Source of the DNA: Hydrolagus colliei
Taxonomy: Eukaryota
NCBI GenBank assembly: GCA_035084275.1
Contig: CM068750.1
Coordinates: 8,804,001-8,868,000, forward strand
Length of the DNA stretch: 64,000 nucleotides
Direction: 5' to 3'
Shown here in pieces: positions 1 through 12,019 of this stretch (position 1 is its first letter; each line of letters opens with the position of its first letter). Under the pieces are notes generated by a model. The model worked only from the letters and a program-made list of their open reading frames with translations. It was not told the DNA's origin and did not search any database. The position numbers were made by a program, and so were the translations under genes.

Positions 1-2559
1 TCATAAGGAGGAATTTAAAACTAATAATTATTTTTCTTGTCTTAGGCTGTTGAGCAGTAGGTCTGTCATCCTTGCCACACCTATTGTTGGCAAAGAGGTT
101 TGAGTTTTACCATTTTAAAATAAAACAGAGAGCCTGCATCACTTCAGACCCAGCTCAAATGATCACCGTTACCTATTCTAACTACTGAAGTTCTTTAACG
201 CTTAGTTTATTGTAGGGGATTAAAAAATGCTGATTGGCACAGGTGAGTGATTCCTATTGAGCAGTGGCGATGTGCAGTGAAACTGATTCTCGTCAACTGA
301 TGCCCCAAACTTAATTAAATTTGAGTACGAAATTTTGTGTTGTTTCTGCTGATCATAAATTCTAATTATTCAAAGTTGGTTCAGACACCAGCTATAATGA
401 TCACCATTATCTGTTCTCGCTAATATTGGTCTACTGGCTGATTTAATATATATATATATATGTATACATGCAGTATATCAAGTTATTTAACAATATCAGG
501 ACTGTTGCTATAAAACATTGCTCATCATTCACATCTCATTAGTTTAGTGGTTTCCCATAATAGCCGTGTTTGGGCTGCTCTAAATTTCTCAGGATGGATA
601 AGGATGTTACATTTCCAAGGAGGAGTCGAGTAGTTACTGTAAGACCCACCAATGTAGAAAATCCACCAGTTGTAGCTCTGGTCAGGAAACTAGTTTACGT
701 TTATTTTCCTACAACTTCAGGGCAATCATATAGTCAGTAAAAACTATTTTGCATTGATTTAAAAGCTTTATTCTCTAATACTCTTCAAAATGCGATGGGA
801 CATGAAGCATTCCCCTTTCAACAGGATGTACAAACAATCTGCTCTCAGGCTTCAGAACATGGAGCCCTTCAGACAGTCTCTGGGATAGATAAGAGACAAA
901 ACTTTAATTCTCCAACCAGAGAGTGTTTGTTTTTTATCGGGAAATGTAAAGAACGTGGGAGCTGATTCAAGCAATGAAAGGTGACGAAGCGAAACTAATA
1001 AGATTTTTTTTAAAAAAGATCTCACTGATCAAGAGATGCAAGAAAGCTGGGACAAAGTGTAAAAATGCACAATACTGCTTTTCCCTAAATGAAATTAGTC
1101 AATGACGTTATTGCATTTCCTGAAAGTTATTTGCAACTTGATGCCAATGTGATGTGAATCATGAAGAAATGGAAATATGGTCCATTCCACATTGCCATTT
1201 CTGTGCAGCTGTGGGTTATACAGAGCTTTTGGTGTGATCTTAATGTTTAGTCACTCCTAGTGCAGGTTTATACAGGTTCAGTGCATGGTCTGAGATCACT
1301 GCTATGGTTGAAGTGATTCAAATACTGATAAAAAAAAATGGGCATCAACTGCGTCCTCATACCTGTTTTGACAATGCAATTGGTGTCTGCTTTACAAATG
1401 AATTCGCAAAGGTCTGTGTGAACAGGTCAGGCAGTGTTAATCTGGCACTCATAGTGAATTAGGAGCATAATGAACCAAAGAGAAGTAGAAATAAGTGAGG
1501 TAACACCATTTATACAATGCTTGTTTAAATAGCCAATATGCAGACTATTTTGCAAAGTGCTGAAAGAGTTAATTGAATTTTTTTGTCTGATCAACCAATG
1601 TTGCGTTTGATTTTCATAAACACCTAAAGCTTTGTTTTTTTCAATGGCTTCTGCAACATTTGCTCAGTGCCATTGAAATCCACTTATGCACTTATTAACT
1701 TATTATATCCTGACACATTCCAGAGCTTACTGGGACTGTTTAATTTGGTCTCAATTACTATTGTATGAACGTTGCTGGGGTGACAAAGTTATCCAAATGA
1801 ATTCCTGTAGGCAAGAGGTCCCTGCATCTCATCAGAAGCAGAGCTCCATAGAAAAATGACAGCAGATAGAGCAAAACTCTGCTCCTGATCTCAACTACTC
1901 CCTCCCCCTTCCAACCTAAAGCTCCTCTAATCTTACCAAGCTAATTCAGCTGCCTGCTTTCGACTCTCCAAGAGATTCCCAGCGAGAGTACTACAGAATT
2001 CTTTCTATGCAAGTCTGTATTGTTTTTTTCTCTCTGTGGGATCTTGAATATTAATCTCAGACAGCCCGTCCTGGCATTTGCAAGTGATCTGAAATTAACA
2101 TGGAGATGTATAGAATGTGCACATTTCCACCCAGTAAGTTTTGAGATCTTCGGGCCAGATTCTTCATTTGATAACATAGTTTAACAGTTCAATCCAATGG
2201 AATGTGAAATAGCTAACGTTTTATTTGCTAAAAAAAATCAGAGTCATTATAAAGAAGTTTACCAGGCATTTTACTGCTATGAAAAATGTAATGAAGTGTA
2301 AAATATTCAATGGCACTTAAGTATGGAGATGTAGACCAATAAATGTCTGCTCCTACACATGGAAAATGACCTGGATGTGATTATTGATTGTTCACTGAAT
2401 GTTTCCAGTCAAAGTAAAGCTGCTATCAACATGCAAATCAAATCCTGCTACTAGATTGCGTCTTGAAGGTCATTCACTGGATATCAAATGAAAGGGTTTT
2501 ACAGCACTCCAAGATGTTATCCTATGTGAAGGGTGCTATATTTTTAACAAAGGATAGAT

Positions 2560-2760
2560 CACTGACAAGGTCTCGCTGAGAAAATTATGTGTAGTTTTGG
2601 ACATCCTATCTTTGAATGGCCATTGAAATAAGCAGAAAGCAAGGTTCAGCGGAGGACAGCGGGGTCATTTTGGAAAGTTGTAATGAAAGATTTCAGAGAA
2701 CCGAATGGCTTTTACTAGAAAAACAGCTTGAAGTGGTCTTGATCCAGGTCTTTAAAATAA
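2560..2760 (+). mobile_element. Highly degenerate CR1 LINE ORF2 C-terminal fragment
   Basis: Residual CR1 motifs in the expected order: tatgtgtagttttgg (YCVQFW-like), aaggttcagcggagg (KVQRR), ctagaaaaa...ttgatccaggtctttaaaata (LEK...LIQVFKI). Many indels. Confidence 0.55.
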
Positions 2761-3329
2761 CAAGACATTGATTTGAGAACAAAACTGCTGGAAATACCAT
2801 ATGTTTAAATTACAAAAATCTCAAGCAGGCCTATCGATTAGAAAAACATTCTCAGAGTTGTGGATAATTGGCACTGATTCTGGACATATGTAGTTGATGG
2901 TCAGTGTATAGTTGTTACAGTGCAGGGGAAGTATTGGAAGATAGATAGCCTGAACAGATGTCTGTCCTAGGGGAGAGACTGTGGAGAGAAGGAAGCCATC
3001 ATTGAAGTCCATATGTCGGGATTAAAGGAATATTTTTGATGGTTTAGTAAGGATGCTTGAGGATTTTCCTCCCAGAAGAATCAAATGGGCAGTGAGGAGT
3101 TCATAATAAGACAGGTGTTGGTGAGCCAGGCTATTTAGTGTTTAATGCATTTAATCTTTCCAACAGTTTTTGGAAATTCATGAGATTGTACAAAGCCCTG
3201 TAATTTCCTGCTGTGCCCTGGAGGAGATGGCGGTGTGTGGAAGGTTCAAGTCCTCTGATTTTATATTATCCTGTCTCTACCAAAAATAGTTAGAAGTATT
3301 AGTTTAGGAAATAGGATTAGAGTAGGTTG

Positions 3330-3410
3330 TTTAAATTGGATTAGCCTTCCCAACCCAAACGTGATGAGCTGGATGGCCTTGTTCTGCACTCTAAACCTTT
3401 TATGATTACC
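3330..3410 (+). mobile_element. Degenerate CR1 3' tail
   Basis: gatgagctggatggccttgttctgcactctaaaccttttatgatt resembles the better preserved CR1 3' end at 31180-31224. Confidence 0.4.
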
Positions 3411-3744
3411 ATAGTAAAATGTATTATAAAATGTGTGTGGTGCCTTTCTGAGTGAGATTTAATGTACAGTATTGTGTATTTAACAAGTCAGCTGGCACAA
3501 GAGTGGGTGTGAGGAAAGAATGATACTGTAGCTGTGTCTCAGAGTAGGACAAATTATTCGTGCGCACCCCATCTACCTGATGATACGTTTGATAAAGTGC
3601 CTTAATATCAACACCTCCAAGCACTTCAGAGGGAATTTGTGTCAAGTGCAGTATCTGTGTTTGAGGTCACACAAGTGAACAACAACCAGCTATAAAGTGA
3701 ATGGCAAATTCATCTGAATGATTATTCAAAATTTTCTTTTCCAA

Positions 3745-3927
3745 TAGGACCTTTTAATGTCCAGCTGAACACTGAGCCGCGACCTCCTTTTATTGTCGCA
3801 CCTGAAGGATGGCACCCTGCAACAATACAGTTGAGTGTCAGTCTCGACTGGGATCTCAAAGCGTAGTCAAACCTACAACGTTTTGATACCAAGGTGAGAA
3901 TGCTACCAACTGCACCAAGCTGACTGG
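3745..3927 (-). mobile_element. Old tRNA-headed Deu-type SINE (SacSINE1-like), 5' part
   Basis: Reverse complement begins gtcagcttggtgcagttggtagcattctcacc, matching the heads of the copies at 16535 and 48604. Confidence 0.6.
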
Positions 3928-4234
3928 CAAGTCATCTGCATCGTATATTTTTGTTCTGAGGAGAGTTGTACATTCTTTCTCTTCAGGCAAATGCTATTTA
4001 GGTTTTTTTTAAAATATATATATAAAACGCTAACGTCTTTATCCGTGAGTGCTTGTCTGGCACTTCTCTCCAGGCTGGGTGCCAGGTCAGGCACAATATG
4101 TCACAGTACTGTTTGAAAGTTGGCACTGGCGCGAACCTCCCTTTCTGCTCTGGGAATCACCGCAAATCGTGCTCCGTGCCAGTGTGAAATAGAACACAAT
4201 GGTCCAAGCATGCCACTGTACACGGAGAGACCAT

Positions 4235-4332
4235 TGACGTCATTGCTCTTTTTGGCCAGCTTTGCGTGACGTCAACTGGTGCTCATGCAAACAGGCTTAG
4301 CAGGCACGTGGAGAGCTGTTGGAAACTGAAAG
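4235..4332. promoter_or_regulatory. Candidate enhancer/promoter: two full CRE palindromes, an E-box and an ISRE-like motif
   Basis: TGACGTCA at 4235-4242 and 4267-4274, CACGTG at 4305-4310 and GGAAACTGAAAG at 4321-4332, in a locally CpG-retaining, repeat-free stretch. Confidence 0.5.
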
Positions 4333-4654
4333 AAACTGGACTTGTTATATAATTACATATGTAAATGTATGGAAAGAAAACTTTGGTTCGAACTTTGCAG
4401 GTCATTTTCGCAGCTGTTTCACAGCACAAAATATTCTCACACTCAGCAAGATTATACTCAGTGCACAGAGAGTTAGCTGGCAATGTTGATGCTCATTCCC
4501 TGATGGACCACTTTGTCAAACAGCAATTTGGTGTAAAACCCAAAGACAGACTTCCAATGCAAGCTAGTTGGCTTTAATGATGATGATGCTGACTTCTAGT
4601 ACAAATTGTGCTATTTGTTATCATAAAAGAAGTTAACATGTTTAATAAAATACC

Positions 4655-4752
4655 GTTAATATTCGCATTTGACCCCTTTTATATGGGAGGACGTCTCAAA
4701 GCGCTTCACATAGTGTATTGTGAAGTGCAGTGATTATGCATTTTTGTAGGCA
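4655..4752 (-). mobile_element. Deu-SINE/L2-type 3' tail fragment
   Basis: gacgtctcaaagcgcttcacatagtgtattgtgaagtg matches the reverse-complement SINE tail seen at 31281-31400. Confidence 0.6.
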
Positions 4753-5839
4753 TTGCTGTGTTCATTTAATTGTGGAAATATTCATTTTGCCAGTAAGTAG
4801 CCCAGCATATGGTTTTGTTCCAAAGCAAAACAATATCAAATTCAGTCTCTGGAATTAACAACCATCATGTTTTGTTTATAATCGTGATTTAATAAATCCC
4901 AGGTGCTGTTTAACGTCTTCTAGAAAAGATCGCTTTCTCTCTATTCTGCAGCGTCCTGGCGGAGGCAAAGCTGCAGATTATAAAAGCAGTGAAAGAACTG
5001 GCAACATTTTAGTCTCAATGTAAAATATCTAATGTGGGAAACGGCTGACCAAATATGCCGTGCTGTCTGTCTGCAACCAAACTAAAGCTGGGTTTAGACT
5101 ATTGTTTCTTATTTTAGAGACCAGCAATCGTTTGAGTCCAGAAGTGTGGAAGAAAAAACTATTCAGCAGTGTCACTCCAGCCTCCATCTCTCAAAAGTGT
5201 TGTGTGCTGGAGTTTTCTTGTAAAGGAACACAGACTCCCCGCTTTCTATTTACCTGTCATTATAGCGGCAACTGATTTACTTGGAGTTTCACTTTCTATA
5301 CTGCAGAACCTCATGGTTTTGGTGGCGAGGAGGAGGATAAAAAGCAAATTAACCCTAATTTGTGTGAGAAAAGGTGATGGAATGAGTGTGTGTTGAAAGA
5401 CGTACATTATCTCCTCACGGTTTACCATAGTCCTTTCAGGAATTGCAGCTTTTTGTTTGCAGGGTGCAGTTTTGCCGGGTTTCCTAGGTGAAACCATCCA
5501 AACATGTAATACTTGTTTGTTTCTGCAAAACATTTTCTGTTGCTTCAATAAAGAGATTTTTTAAGCAGCTGATGAATTTAATACTTCAGCTGAGACAGTT
5601 CTCTGGTTCTCTTCCAAAAGCTGAATACGGTTACTAACTTTTTAGAAGCATTCGAGATTATCGAAGGGCAAGGCACATTTCATTTCACTAGTGGGGGATA
5701 TAAATGGTACAGTTGAAAAGGAGAAGTCCAACAATTGTATGAAACTAATGGACTTTAAAGGGTGTGTTAGTGTGTTAGATTATGGAGATTTTAGGGGGAG
5801 TTGCAGATTTTTGCAACACCTTTGGCTCAGAGTCAGGAT

Positions 5840-5908
5840 CCTCCCCTGTTAAGCAGTCTGAGCTGCTACCCTACGTGGAGGGCGCTATATAAGTGCAAGT
5901 TGTTGTTT
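5840..5908 (+). mobile_element. L2-type 3' tail stub
   Basis: cgtggagggcgctatataagtgcaagttgttg matches the L2 terminus at 58358-58398. Confidence 0.6.
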
Positions 5909-6068
5909 TTTCGCAGTCAATGTGCACTGCAGCGTACTATGTTGAGTATTGCAGTTTGATTTTTGCATTAAGAGTTTTCCTTTTTACTTCAAATTCGGTA
6001 AAATCCAAAGGAAAAATGATTTGCGGCACCAGGCACTGCTTTGGATACTGCACAGAATCACTTTCACA

Positions 6069-6308
6069 AAACACAAAATACTACAGATGCTGGGAATCTG
6101 AAACAAAAACAGAAGTTGCTGGGGAAAGTCAGCAGGTCAGGCAGCATCCATGGAGAAAGGAAAATGAGTCGACGTTTCGGGTCTACAACCCTTCGTCAGA
6201 GGGGTTTGACGAAGGGTTGTAGACCTGAAATGTTGATTCATTTTCCCTTCTCCATGTATGCTGCCTGACCTGCTGACTTTCCCCAGCAACTTCTGTTTTT
6301 GTTTCAGA
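6069..6308. mobile_element. Palindromic Penelope-like (pLTR-derived) insertion with target-site duplication
   Basis: Inverted arms 6097-6198 and 6207-6308 match at 96 of 102 positions. Flanking direct repeat is CAGAATCACTTTCACA (6053-6068) / CAGAATAACTTTCACA (6305-6320). The Penelope assignment rests on the inverted structure plus the hammerhead motif. Confidence 0.8.
6168..6200 (-). ncRNA. Minimal type I hammerhead ribozyme core (helix I incomplete in this copy)
   Basis: Minus strand reads U-CUGACGA-A-GGGUU-GUA-GACCC-GAAAC-GUC-GAC: CUGANGA box, stem II, GAAA box, palindromic ACGU in place of helix III, and a GUC cleavage triplet. Confidence 0.7.
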
Positions 6309-7494
6309 ATAACTTTCACATTTGATTGCAGGCAATAAAATGCACCATTCTTAATTCAGTGTCCATTGTGCTCAAAATATTGTGCAGTAGAATACATGCT
6401 GTATTCAGCCAGAAATTCTCTCGCTGTCTGCTCAGGCAGATTGTTTTGAGACCAATCATTTTAAATTGTAGCAATATACTCCTAACGGTTACTTGACATT
6501 AGTCCTCGGCAAATAAACTGTTGTATGTTTGAAATCTTTGAGTGTACTCCAATTCTTCTATCAGCACTTCATGCTGATGTGAAGCTTGCAATTTGGCTTT
6601 CATCCAGACCTCGATCAAGTCAACTTTCTTCCATCTTTATCACATTGGACTGCAATATATCGAATTTGAAGAAAATGTAAAAATCTCAATGCAAAAAACA
6701 AATCGCTTTGGCTATCTGGAACTTTGAACATCACTCACCAATCTCTCTCCCCTTTCCCCCTCTCTCCCCATCTCCCCTGCCCCTCTCCCTGCCCCCCCCT
6801 CTCTGTTTCTGTGGGACTTCATTTTTGAGTTTAAGATTTGAAGAACCTGATCTAATTGGCTTGATTTGTGTCCTTTAGTTTCAGTGTTTTTTATGTACCG
6901 TAATATGCTTTTGGCTACGTTACATCAATAATTCTCAGCTTTGTGCTGAATTTTGTAATGTTTTGATGGACCTCTCCATGCAAATGTGATGCAATTCATC
7001 AAGTAACAGAGGACACAGTCATAATGTCTGACCCTGGTAAACTGCATTGAAGCTAAGATCTGCTCAGAGCTCCACCACATGTTGGCATTAAGTTCAAATG
7101 ATGGGACAAAATCAATCTTTGGGTTTGAAACAAGCGCCCGTCCCATCTGGAAACCATCAACTTTGGCCCAAGCCATGTCTCTCAGCCTCATGGGACACAA
7201 TACAAATGCTTGGAATATGCTCTTACCGTTAGTTTTAGATGTATATTTCTGCTTTCTTAATGAGCAAACCAATGATTACAATGTTTTTACCAGTGTTAAG
7301 GGTATTTGAGTTTCGATGATGCCTATTTATGAGGAGAGCTGCCAATTCAGAAAACTTCCCAAACATTCCCTGAGGATGGGATCTTTCTGAAGTTTACATT
7401 GCTACAGAAACAAACCTTGCATTTGTGTCTTTACTGGGCAAAACATATTAAGAACAGATCACATTAAAACCCATTACACTGTTGATTTCGGTCA

Positions 7495-7722
7495 TTGACA
7501 TTAATTCCGTGCTCTGGAACTCCATCCCATGTTCCCTTCAACTCACTCCCTCCCTTGCCTCCTTCAAGTCATGCCTCAAGACCTTTCTCTTCGAACATGG
7601 CTTCAACCACCTTCCATATCATCTCTACTCTCCCTGATCCCAACTCTGCTCTACTCTCCCTGCTCAGGTCCCAGTGACCCTGACTGTTCAGCACGTTGAG
7701 ATGCTCTCCCAATATGAAAGTG
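7495..7722 (+). mobile_element. Degenerate L2 LINE 3' fragment
   Basis: ctctggaactccatccca (LWNSIP), ccttcaag...ctcaagacctttctcttcg, a C-rich UTR and an atatgaaag tail, colinear with 58160-58370. Confidence 0.7.
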
Positions 7723-9469
7723 TGTGAGTTTTGTGGGTTTATTTACATTTTAAATTGCATCCACATCAACCACAATGGTCTTTTCCAGTTCTGTACATTC
7801 TTCTGAATGTAGTACCATGCCCATTTTCAGTAAGTGTGTCTACCCAATTTTTAAATATGATATTTCTTGCGTCGTTTTCTGGATTGTAACTTTTGTGGTT
7901 ACCAAATGTGTATTTTCCGGAAAATAGAATAGTTGGATGGCATTTTCATACAAGCCTGACTTGGCACAAAATAAGTAACAAAATCAAAGTAACGATAAGA
8001 AAAAATGTCCCACATATGATAATCTGCTGCAGATTTTCAGAAAAATCATTGCTGCGTTTTTTCCTGTCTCGGTACTCTTACAAATACTTTAATGAAATGA
8101 ATGAAAATATGTTGTGGTCAAACTTTTACACCAAGGTAACATTGCAGGAAGAAAATAAATTATCTAAGTATCATAATAGAAAACACATGATGCTTGAAAG
8201 TTAGTATTGATGTTTATAATTCATACGCTACCTTGCATGAAGGGTACTATAGAAACGTAAGTTTTTTTTGTGTGTGTATATAAATGCAGTGTACAGTTAT
8301 GAGACAGTGTAAAGATAATGTTTCTTTTACTGGACATATATAAATGTCAGGTGAGAAGAGGGTGAAAAATTCCCCTGCCATCATCATTATCATCGGTCAG
8401 CGTTTTAACACTGGCTAATGTTACTTACACTAATTTCTTGAGTGAGTCATCGGAGGGTGTTTTGGAATCTGTGAAGCTTTATCATAGCAGGCATTTGTGG
8501 AGAAGAAGACAAATTAAGATGGGGGAGGGCAATAAATGGGGAATATTAATTCAATATTTCAGCAGATGTACATCAAGAATTCAAGCTTAACATAGTCATT
8601 AGTTAATACCTGTTCATTGTTGCTCTGCAGGGCTATGGCGACCATGGGCTGGTATGGCAGGGGACTCATGTGAGACAACTAAGCCTGGGATGGCAGAGGT
8701 TTAGGCTGGCACAGGGATCAAGTTCATACGAGTTATGTGTAAACCTAGAATGCAACAGTTTAGTCAAAATAGAGAAGACCAGGTCTGCTAGGCAGCTTTA
8801 AGGTACGTAAACTATAAAGTAGCCAATAATTTTCCTTCTATCTCAGACAGTTTGTATAAAGGAACATGGTAGAATAGCCAGAAGGCAGCGAGGGCCACAG
8901 TTTTATTTTCCATTGCTGCAGTAGTGGGGTAGATAGCTTATAAAATCATACCACAAGCAGTGCAATATGTTATTGATTGCTAAGGGAAGGGTAATTTGTA
9001 ACTAGCAATTATAGACCATAGGCCACTAATCTGTATGTGTGAACGGATCACTTGTAAATCACTATATCCTGAAGTGACTCTGGTCTGACCTTTTGTTTCT
9101 TATTTGAATGCTTTGCAGTGCAATTTCCTGTAATCCAAGTCACCACAAAGGTGAGAAGAATCTCTGTTCTCGGATAAAGTTACTAGAATCTTGAATGCTT
9201 TCATTCGTATTTAAAAATGAATTGCACAAGAATTCATGAGAAATTCTCCTGGGGCATATCTGAATCTTCCTGTGACATCCTGTGCTGATTTCTTTTCAAT
9301 GCATTTTCAATCTAAAATTTGAGGACTTTTTGAAATCTTTAATGGTCTCTGCAGATGTAAAACTATCTTCCTTGTTGAACAATTTAAATCTTCTTCCTTT
9401 CTACTAAAAGTGCTCTGAGACACTACCCTGCATGAAGGGCGCAATAGGGTAAAGAGAAGGATACATTAA

Positions 9470-9560
9470 ATCCCTTCATAGGATATACTGTGAAGTGTAG
9501 CTTTTTTTTGTGGGCCATCACAGCAACCAATTTGCACACAGCAATATTCTACAAACTGCT
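9470..9560 (-). mobile_element. Deu-SINE fragment
   Basis: gcaaccaatttgcacacagcaatattctacaaac is the reverse complement of the Deu core gtttgtgggacattgctgtgcgcaattggctgc. Confidence 0.6.
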
Positions 9561-10959
9561 ATCAAGTGAAACATTATGGTACAAAGAACACAATACTTTA
9601 TACAAAAATGCTTAGTGAAGAATTATTGAGGGAGCTGGATGATGGGATGGTTACCATCTTATTAGGATTCAAAGCAATCCAAGTACAGTAGAATGGAATG
9701 ATAGATTTTTAACTTTGTAGGCCCCATGGACCTTTAATTGAAATAAGTTTGGACAATCACAATTCAGTTCTGAATGAGAGTGAGGGCATACTACAATATT
9801 TTAACTACACTTGGTGTTCGAATCAAGAAGTTGCAAAATAAATGAAGTTTCCACAATGCCCTTTTCTAAGAGTGGTATTGAGAACCATTAATGGGAAAGA
9901 GGCTTGACTCTGTTTATTCACATTTTAGCCTGAAATTCTTTGATCTTGACGTTAGGAACCCTTAATGGAAACTGTGCTCTGTTCCCAACTTTGGCTTTTA
10001 TTGAATTTCCTGTCTGAATAGTTGGGTAAAGTATGTAGATAATTTTATTAATTTCCCTCAAAAATGTTTATTATTTTGACAACCTAGGACATCTGTAGGA
10101 ACATTAAAAATGGAACTTTGCATAGTTCTCCTTCATGAGTGTGGCTGGGAAGGATGCTTGAGGCCGGGGCACCAAGATGATTCAAGGAACAGATGCTGCA
10201 CTCAGACAATTGCAGGGTTGGCATTCTGAAAGGATGTGAACAACTGCACCAAATTGTCTTTTTCATCTGTGTTTCTCTTGTGGCTTGCCAAAGTACTTAG
10301 TAAATCTTGCAGTTTTAGGAGCTACTAATGGAAAACATTTGTGATTTGAAGGAATTATTCAAAAATGATTTTTTTCGAACTCACCTTTTTTGCATTGCCT
10401 TTGCATTTGTTGCTTTGGATTGTGTGTGTGAGAATTGACCCATAACTCTAGTGAACCAACTTTCCATAACAAACCCACAGGTGTTTCTTTTCTACGCTGA
10501 TCTGTGTAATCTTTTGAAGTTTACACCATGTTTTTTCCATTCATTGTGCCAGCCTTATAAAATTCTGTGATCGAATCCATCCAAATGTTTTATTCACCGC
10601 ACACTTAACTCAATGAATGCCTAAAATATAAAATATATTTGGAAATTATGATCAATGATCTTGGCCCTTACTTTTTGGATTGCTTGTTTGTACTAAATGT
10701 CTTAGCAGTGAGCGTAAAACACAATGGTGTCATCTTCCAGTTTCTGGGAAAGAACAAAAATTCCTATCTCTATGCCTAAATTTTGGCTTTGTATTGGGTG
10801 GGTCTCCTAATTTAGCTTCAATTCTTAATTTTATCCCCAATTGGAAAATAAATAGATAAGTGTACCTAATGCACAGATTGCAATGTACATTAAACAGTGT
10901 GTTGAATGGTATTTGTGAAATGCACATAACTTTTACAAGTTCATTCCAGTGTCATTGAT

Positions 10960-11131
10960 CATTAATTTCTTGGCTGTAGGACATTGTTGTGTTCAATTGA
11001 GGTGTTGCCGTTGCCCACAAATAAAATCCACTTCACTTTATACCATATCCTGTGCAACAACAACAACAAAATTACACAAGGTGCAGTGTCTTCCTGACAT
11101 GAAATATATCAAATACAAGGATTACTATTAA
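10960..11131 (+). mobile_element. Deu-SINE 3' half, degenerate
   Basis: tgtaggacattgttgtgttcaattg core and atatcaaatacaaggattactatta tail. Confidence 0.65.
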
Positions 11132-12019
11132 ATCACATTTTTAAAAAGCTAATTGTGTGTGTGTTTGTGTGTGAGTTGTGTATACACAGGCTGATTTACA
11201 AAATGGATGTCAACAAGTAGTGATTCAATATATTTTTGTTCTACATAGAAATTGGCGGATGTGTGCTGCATTTCTGCCTTTGGGCTTAAATTACCATAAT
11301 GATGAAACTAACTTCAATGATCTGCCTCGGAAAAGGAGATGAAGATTTTGCAAACACATTAATGGAGGGTTCCAGCTTGACATTTTTAAGCTGTGTTTGT
11401 TTAAATCAACCCTTCTGGTGCAGGGGCAGTTGCTGTTCCATTGAAGAACACAAACTATAGTTCATGGTAAGGTTCAAGGTCCTTGCTCTGGGGAAAGCCA
11501 GGTTCTTGTATAAAGAGAGTAAACATAACTGCTAATGTATGCAGCTCCTCTTTCACACACAATAGAGACTGGGTTATCACCTCTCCCTTGTTCTGAATGA
11601 TTCCTCAAACCAAGCAAAAAACACAAATGGGCAATCCACCAAATCCATTTAGCTCTGATAACTTGGCCAATTTACTCCTCTAATGCTTGTGTCCAACTTC
11701 CTATATAAACTATTGACGTATGTTGACCTCACCAGAAATATAACCTTAAAATGTTATTGTGAGAAGCTGTTGGTTGTCCAGGACACATGTTTAGTCCTGT
11801 CAGCTGCTCCCTTTTATTCACAGCAAGCTTCTAAAACATCAACTTTGAAAAAAGGGTTGAATTGACTCACCAATATTTGGCACTTTAGAGGTTTGGACAG
11901 AGGAGAAAAGCAGAAAGGATTATTTTTAAACGTCAGGGTTACATCTCCTGAAGAAAACCCTCTCATGCTAGGGTTTAGTTTCACAAGCTATAGGAGGATT
12001 TTAGTACTCAGCCAAGTAC

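Noticed and set aside
560-1060. Possible very old CR1 fragment
   Set aside because: Motifs are too eroded to support a call without an HMM search.
6041-6319. Two opposite-strand ORFs with near-identical peptides
   Set aside because: By-product of the inverted repeat; no coding evidence.
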